A stretch of 62,293 bases of DNA, counting the filler, from Hausera hauseri (Eukaryota): NCBI GenBank assembly GCA_046269625.1. It is 11 parts of 11 records of this genome, joined end to end, with 100 filler letters (N's around TTAATTAATTAA, not from the genome) between each part and the next. Parts side by side here need not be neighbours in the genome. Positions count along the whole stretch, not along the records: positions 57,598 to 62,293 come from JBJURY010472021.1; 10 more parts are not named here. The stretch is one strand, 5' to 3'. The translations under genes and the position numbers were made by a program. Under the pieces are notes generated by a model. That model did no database searches, had not been told where the DNA came from, and saw nothing but the letters and a program-made list of their open reading frames with translations. Shown one piece after another: positions 57,738 through 62,293 of the stretch (positions within the stretch are counted from its first letter, which is position 1; each line of letters begins with the position of its first letter).

Positions 57738-58855
57738 TCACCCCCCAAAAAATATGGTTTCTGGTTTCTTTATTTTTACATGATTTAGCTGAAACTTTTC
57801 AGAAGGGTGGAAATGCCTAAGTCTAGTCGCGTGTACAAATTCTGTACTAGATTTGCTAAGTGCATTAGGTCTATTAATTTCAAAGAGTACATCTGAACAT
57901 TTCTGTAGTATTTCGTACGGACCATTATAAGCAGGGGTTAGCTTTCTTGTATGGGGGTAAATAAATTCCTCATACATTACTAAATCACCTACTTTAAAAT
58001 CTGCTTCTTGAAATTTTTTATCATATCTTATTTTGTTGATTTTGTAATACTGTTCAGTTCTTTCTTTTGCAATTTTTCGGGCTTCATGTAATGGTGGATA
58101 AATTTGGTTTCCTGTAATTGTGACTTCGTATGGTAATGTTCCGAACATTAAATAATTTGGAGGGAATTTTGTGATGTTGTGTGGTGTATTATTGTACTCA
58201 AGTGTGACTTGTTCCAACAATTTTGTCCAAGGAACTTTATTAGGGGAGCTGCTAACTTTACATTTTAATCGTGTAATCAGGGTCTGATTAACGCGTTCCA
58301 CTTTACCGTTTGTTTGTGGCCTATGGGAAGAAGTTAACTTTTGTGTGATGTTATTGTGGCGGAGGAAGTGTTTAAACTTAGGAGAAGTAAAGGCAGCGTT
58401 TCGGTCACTTAGGATTGCTTGTGGAATTTGACTTTGGAATATTTGTTTTAAACAATTGATGTAGGTTTCTGTTGTTGCGTTTTTTGAAGGAAAAGTCCAT
58501 ACATATCTTGTTGCATGATCTACCACAATGTGCAAAAATTTCTTTGTAGAGTTATAATAACTAAGTCCTCCTACTGTATCAATTGACAACAATTCATATG
58601 GGTTTTCACAGAGAGGAAGGGATTGTAAGAGTCCATACTTTCTCTGATGTGATTTTTTGTTGAATTGGCAATTTTCACAGTGTCTAACATAGTTTCGAAT
58701 ATCTTTAATAATATTAGTCCAGAAATATTGCGGTGATATAATTCTAAGCATAGTACTTACTCCTGGGTGTCCAAATTTTTCATGTGCATTTTCTATAATT
58801 TTACTCTTAATGCTCTAGGGACTATAATTTAAAATAATCCTTGTCTTTTTACAAC
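57738..58855 (-). pseudogene. Ty3/Gypsy integrase, separated from Pol by two stops and a frameshift at 58790-58858
   Basis: AHEKFGHPG, CENCQ, SIDTVG, ILSDRN, PQTNGKVERVN, YNGPY. Ends in TTTTTTGGGGGG (PPT-like). Confidence 0.9.
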
Positions 58856-60955
58856 TCATACATCATCTCTTTTTTGAATTTTGGGCCCTGAAATATTTTC
58901 TAGATTTTGGAAATGGATAATTTCATTTTTGTCCAATAATGGCTCTGGAGGAATAGTAGTTAGATGATGTGAAATAGGATTTCGGGTTAACATATCCGCT
59001 TCAATATTTGTACTGCCTTTTTTGTATTTAATGTCAAAGTCGTACATAGAAATTTTGAGGGACCAACGAAAAAGTCTACCTGTGGGATTTTTTATTTTTT
59101 TCAGCCAAACAAGGGCAGCATGATCAGTATGCACTGTGAAATGTGACCCATGAAGGTAGCAATGATACTTGTCCAAACTGTCTATTATAGCTAAACATTC
59201 TAATTCCGTAATAGTATAATTTTCTTCATATTTTCTAAGGCGTCGAGAGTGGAAGGCAACTGGGTGCTCGAATCCATCAGGATATTCCTGTTTTAATATT
59301 GCAGATATTGATTCTTTAGAGGCATCTACATAAACATGACAAGGATAATTTGGATTATACAGTTTTAAGATAGGTTTTGATATTAGGCTGTCTTTTAATT
59401 TCTGGAATGAATTTTGACATTCTGTTGTCCATACCCATTGTGTATCTTTCTTCAGAAGGTTGTTTAAAGGGATTCTTAATTTAGCATATTGTGGTATGAA
59501 TTTGTGATACACATTTATAGAGCCAAGGAATCGTTGTAAGTCTTTCACATTACGGGGAGGTAATAATTTTCTGATTACTTCTACATTGACATTATTTGGG
59601 CTATATGAGCCATTCTTTATTTCATATCCTAGGAAATCTATTGTGTCTTTTGCAAATTGACATTTCTTTTTATTTAACTTGATATTTTCCTTTTTGCAAA
59701 TTTCAAACAACGTAGTTAAGTGTTTCACGTGTTCGGCACGGGAATTTGAGAAAATGATGATATCGTCAAAGTAGTTAATGGCAAAATTAATTCGATATTT
59801 ATTTAAAATTTGTTGTAAAGCGCGTTGGAATATGCTAGTTGCATTGCGATAACCGAATGGTAATTTTTTAAATTGGAAAAGTCCATGGTTTGAGGTGAAG
59901 GCTAATTTTTCTGCTTCTTTATCATCCAATGGAATATGCCAATAGCCTGAACAGAGGTCTAAAGTAGAGAAAATTTGTGCATGGGTTAATTTGTCAATGA
60001 TATCATCAATTCTGGGAATGGGACCAGCATCAGGTTTAGTTATTTGATTAATTTTCCTATAGTCTATGCACAAACGTGTTCTGGCTCCATCTTCTTTTTT
60101 ATATACTAAAGTGATAGGGGAAGAGTAAGGGCTATGGGATGGCTTAATAATATTAGCTTTTAACAAATTATCTATTTGGTTTTTAATTTCAATGTCATCT
60201 CTTTGAGAAGTCCTGTATGGGCGAGAATTTATGGGCAATTCTGAGGTTAAAATCACTTTTGGGGGGTCTACATTAATTTCTCCTACATCATATTTATCTT
60301 TAGCAAAAATGTGCTTATACAACATAATTAGATTATCAAATTCATCAGAAACACTATTATCAACATTATTACATACATCATCAATACACTTTCTTTCAAA
60401 TTTTTTAACTTTATACATTGTATATTTTGAATTATAAGGTTTTTCAAAATGTTTCTTTTTACCAGACCTATTATTATAACATTGATTATCATAAAGTGAT
60501 TTACTCTTATTAACATATTTTGAAATATTGTCATTAGTATACAATTTTTTAACTTCATTATATCTATCATTTTGTAACTGAATAGACTTACCTGAAATTT
60601 TCGGTAAGTGTCTTCCATATTGTAGGACACAATTAGTTGAAAACTGAATATTTAATTTAAAAGTTCTAATTAAATGTATAGAACCTATAGCATATGACAA
60701 GTTCTTATTTTTGATAACATGAAACAGAACGTTTCTTAGACTCTGTCCAATTTGTATCCTGATTTGTGCGATTTTGATGGTGTTGATAGTTCCATGTAAG
60801 GATGAAATAGTTGACTGCGAGTCCTTTTGAAAAACAATCTGATGTTTTGGTACTTGTTGATATATTTGTAACGGCAAAATGTTCACATTTGATCCACTGT
60901 CCAGTAATACTGGTAGAGTCAAATTTTCAATAAAAGCTGGCACAAAAATTAAATT
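58856..60955 (-). CDS. pol: Ty3/Gypsy Pol (protease, RT, RNase H)
   Basis: VLLDSGS, RLCIDYRKIN, LDLCSGYWHI, LPFG, NYFDDI, VYVDAS, ITELECLAI, TDHAAL. Same frame as gag. Confidence 0.95.
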   Translation of the reverse strand, partial: NLIFVPAFIENLTLPVLLDSGSNVNILPLQIYQQVPKHQIVFQKDSQSTISSLHGTINTIKIAQIRIQIGQSLRNVLFHVIKNKNLSYAIGSIHLIRTFKLNIQFSTNCVLQYGRHLPKISGKSIQLQNDRYNEVKKLYTNDNISKYVNKSKSLYDNQCYNNRSGKKKHFEKPYNSKYTMYKVKKFERKCIDDVCNNVDNSVSDEFDNLIMLYKHIFAKDKYDVGEINVDPPKVILTSELPINSRPYRTSQRDDIEIKNQIDNLLKANIIKPSHSPYSSPITLVYKKEDGARTRLCIDYRKINQITKPDAGPIPRIDDIIDKLTHAQIFSTLDLCSGYWHIPLDDKEAEKLAFTSNHGLFQFKKLPFGYRNATSIFQRALQQILNKYRINFAINYFDDIIIFSNSRAEHVKHLTTLFEICKKENIKLNKKKCQFAKDTIDFLGYEIKNGSYSPNNVNVEVIRKLLPPRNVKDLQRFLGSINVYHKFIPQYAKLRIPLNNLLKKDTQWVWTTECQNSFQKLKDSLISKPILKLYNPNYPCHVYVDASKESISAILKQEYPDGFEHPVAFHSRRLRKYEENYTITELECLAIIDSLDKYHCYLHGSHFTVHTDHAALVWLKKIKNPTGRLFRWSLKISMYDFDIKYKKGSTNIEADMLTRNPISHHLTTIPPEPLLDKNEIIHFQNLENISGPKIQKRDDV

Positions 60956-62023
60956 TCACTGTTGTTGAGATCTGGTATGGTGGGTGAATGGATTTCTGGT
61001 TGAGCTTTGATTTTGGGTTCTTTGATAATTAACAGCAGGTCTTTGAAAAAATGGAGGTCTGCTTCCTGGATAATTATTATTTCTCCAATATGTGGGAGAA
61101 CTTGTGCTAGATCCTCTCTGGAAAGTCGATGAGGGAGCTGCCCTGGAGTAAGACGGTCTTGGGTCTGTTCTCTGACCATAATGGTATGTTCTGTTGATAA
61201 ATGGTGGTCTATATGGTAACTGTACTGGGACTTTGGGTGTAGTGAATTTGATTTCTTTACATTCAGATTCTTTCCTATTCTTGTCCAACGTTTTCAAATA
61301 ATTTTTTAGTTCTTCTAAATTTTGACAATTAAGAAGGGCTACTTTAATGGGTCTGGGTTCGTCCAGACCATCAATAATATAATATTGAATTGATTTATCA
61401 TCTAATTTTGCATGGGAAGAGATTTCCAAAATCCTATAATAAAAATCGATGTACGTTTCAGCTGAGTTTTTCCTTGCATTTTTAAGTGTTTGATGAATCT
61501 CAGCCGGATTTATATCCTTTTGGAATTCTTTCCAAAGAAGATTCTTTAGATCTGTGAAATTTGTGATGACGCACTGTGAGTCCAAAAATAGGGCTGCAGT
61601 TCCTGTGATTAATTTACGGCAAAACACTATTTTCTGTTTTTCATTGAGTTCAAAAGTTCCGGCGATTTCCTCGAATCTCGAAATCCACGGCAGTATCGGC
61701 TTGTCATTAGAATAGTCTTTTATAAAAGGACGCAAATCGTCGAACTTTATTTGATTTGCGCAGCTGTACGTAATTGCAGGTTGATTATCCATACTAGTAG
61801 AAGTGTTTGAAGAGTCAGTCTTCTGTCCCGCGACTTCCGGTGTTGTATCAGGATTTGGTTTGTCATTTATAACTATCGGATTGAAAACACTTCCGAGGTC
61901 ATTTGTATCGGTCCCCTTATCCTCATTTGTTGACATTTTTGAAGTGATATCCACAAATCTGTCCAAACTGAGTTCAGAAAGAAGAGTCAGGGCTACTTCC
62001 GCTAAAGTGTTTTTCTGCATCAC
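60956..62023 (-). CDS. gag: Ty3/Gypsy Gag
   Basis: PWISRFEEIA..LITGTAALF..FTDLKNLLWKEF..ETYIDFYYRI..YIIDGL (retrotransposon capsid pattern). Confidence 0.88.
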   Translation of the reverse strand: MMQKNTLAEVALTLLSELSLDRFVDITSKMSTNEDKGTDTNDLGSVFNPIVINDKPNPDTTPEVAGQKTDSSNTSTSMDNQPAITYSCANQIKFDDLRPFIKDYSNDKPILPWISRFEEIAGTFELNEKQKIVFCRKLITGTAALFLDSQCVITNFTDLKNLLWKEFQKDINPAEIHQTLKNARKNSAETYIDFYYRILEISSHAKLDDKSIQYYIIDGLDEPRPIKVALLNCQNLEELKNYLKTLDKNRKESECKEIKFTTPKVPVQLPYRPPFINRTYHYGQRTDPRPSYSRAAPSSTFQRGSSTSSPTYWRNNNYPGSRPPFFQRPAVNYQRTQNQSSTRNPFTHHTRSQQQ

Positions 62024-62293
62024 ACGGCATTTTCATCTTTGAACACTCCACACCCGAGGTCAAGGACGGGACAAGTCTCCTCTTTCGATGAACTCGGCAG
62101 AAGTTTCTCCTCTCTCCTATTACGTAAGACCCATCGGCGCGGGCGAAGGGCGAAAAAGTGCTCTCCTCTCTCGGAAGGAAAAGACTGGGAGTGGCTTCAG
62201 AGCAAATTTTGAGGAATTTTTATCCAATCCTACAATTTAGGTTAAATTTTAAGCTTTGTGACAGGTAGGATTATCCTGCTGACTAAATTAATG

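Overview
This window is not one locus. It is 11 unrelated eukaryote-derived contigs joined by 100-bp artificial linkers (44 N + TTAATTAATTAA + 44 N), so gene neighbourhood is only meaningful inside each contig. Contents: (1) 1-6705, intact Polinton/Maverick-type protein-primed DNA polymerase B with its promoter and a probable element terminus. (2) 6806-12565, decayed pPolB plus orphan ORFs. (3) 12666-18430, Polinton terminus, major-capsid pseudogene, Ty3/Gypsy remnant, filamin fragment and a second Polinton terminus. (4) 18531-22471, decayed pPolB with further termini. (5) 22572-27243, decayed Ty3/Gypsy element whose chuvirus/gB-like glycoprotein lies directly UPSTREAM of, and apparently in one polyprotein with, PR-RT-RH-IN. 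(6) 27344-33024, hierarchical (TTCG)n satellite. (7) 33125-38062, host ABC transporter end and THADA with ~45-nt introns. (8) 38163-42448, compact cassette of RING/zinc-finger genes. (9) 42549-51619, two head-to-tail ingi/L1Tc-like non-LTR retroposons; the complete one has an HDV-like ribozyme signature, a 2A peptide and 7 C2H2 fingers. (10) 51720-57497, Penelope GIY-YIG remnant and a decayed Gypsy with a nested LTR element. (11) 57598-62293, near-intact Gypsy. The most unusual items are the glycoprotein-before-pol retroelement, a conserved AGTAGT-N6-WTGSC terminal motif seen five times (including a 134-bp mini-element), and the ingi-like tandem. Family assignments come from motif recognition by eye; no database searches were run.
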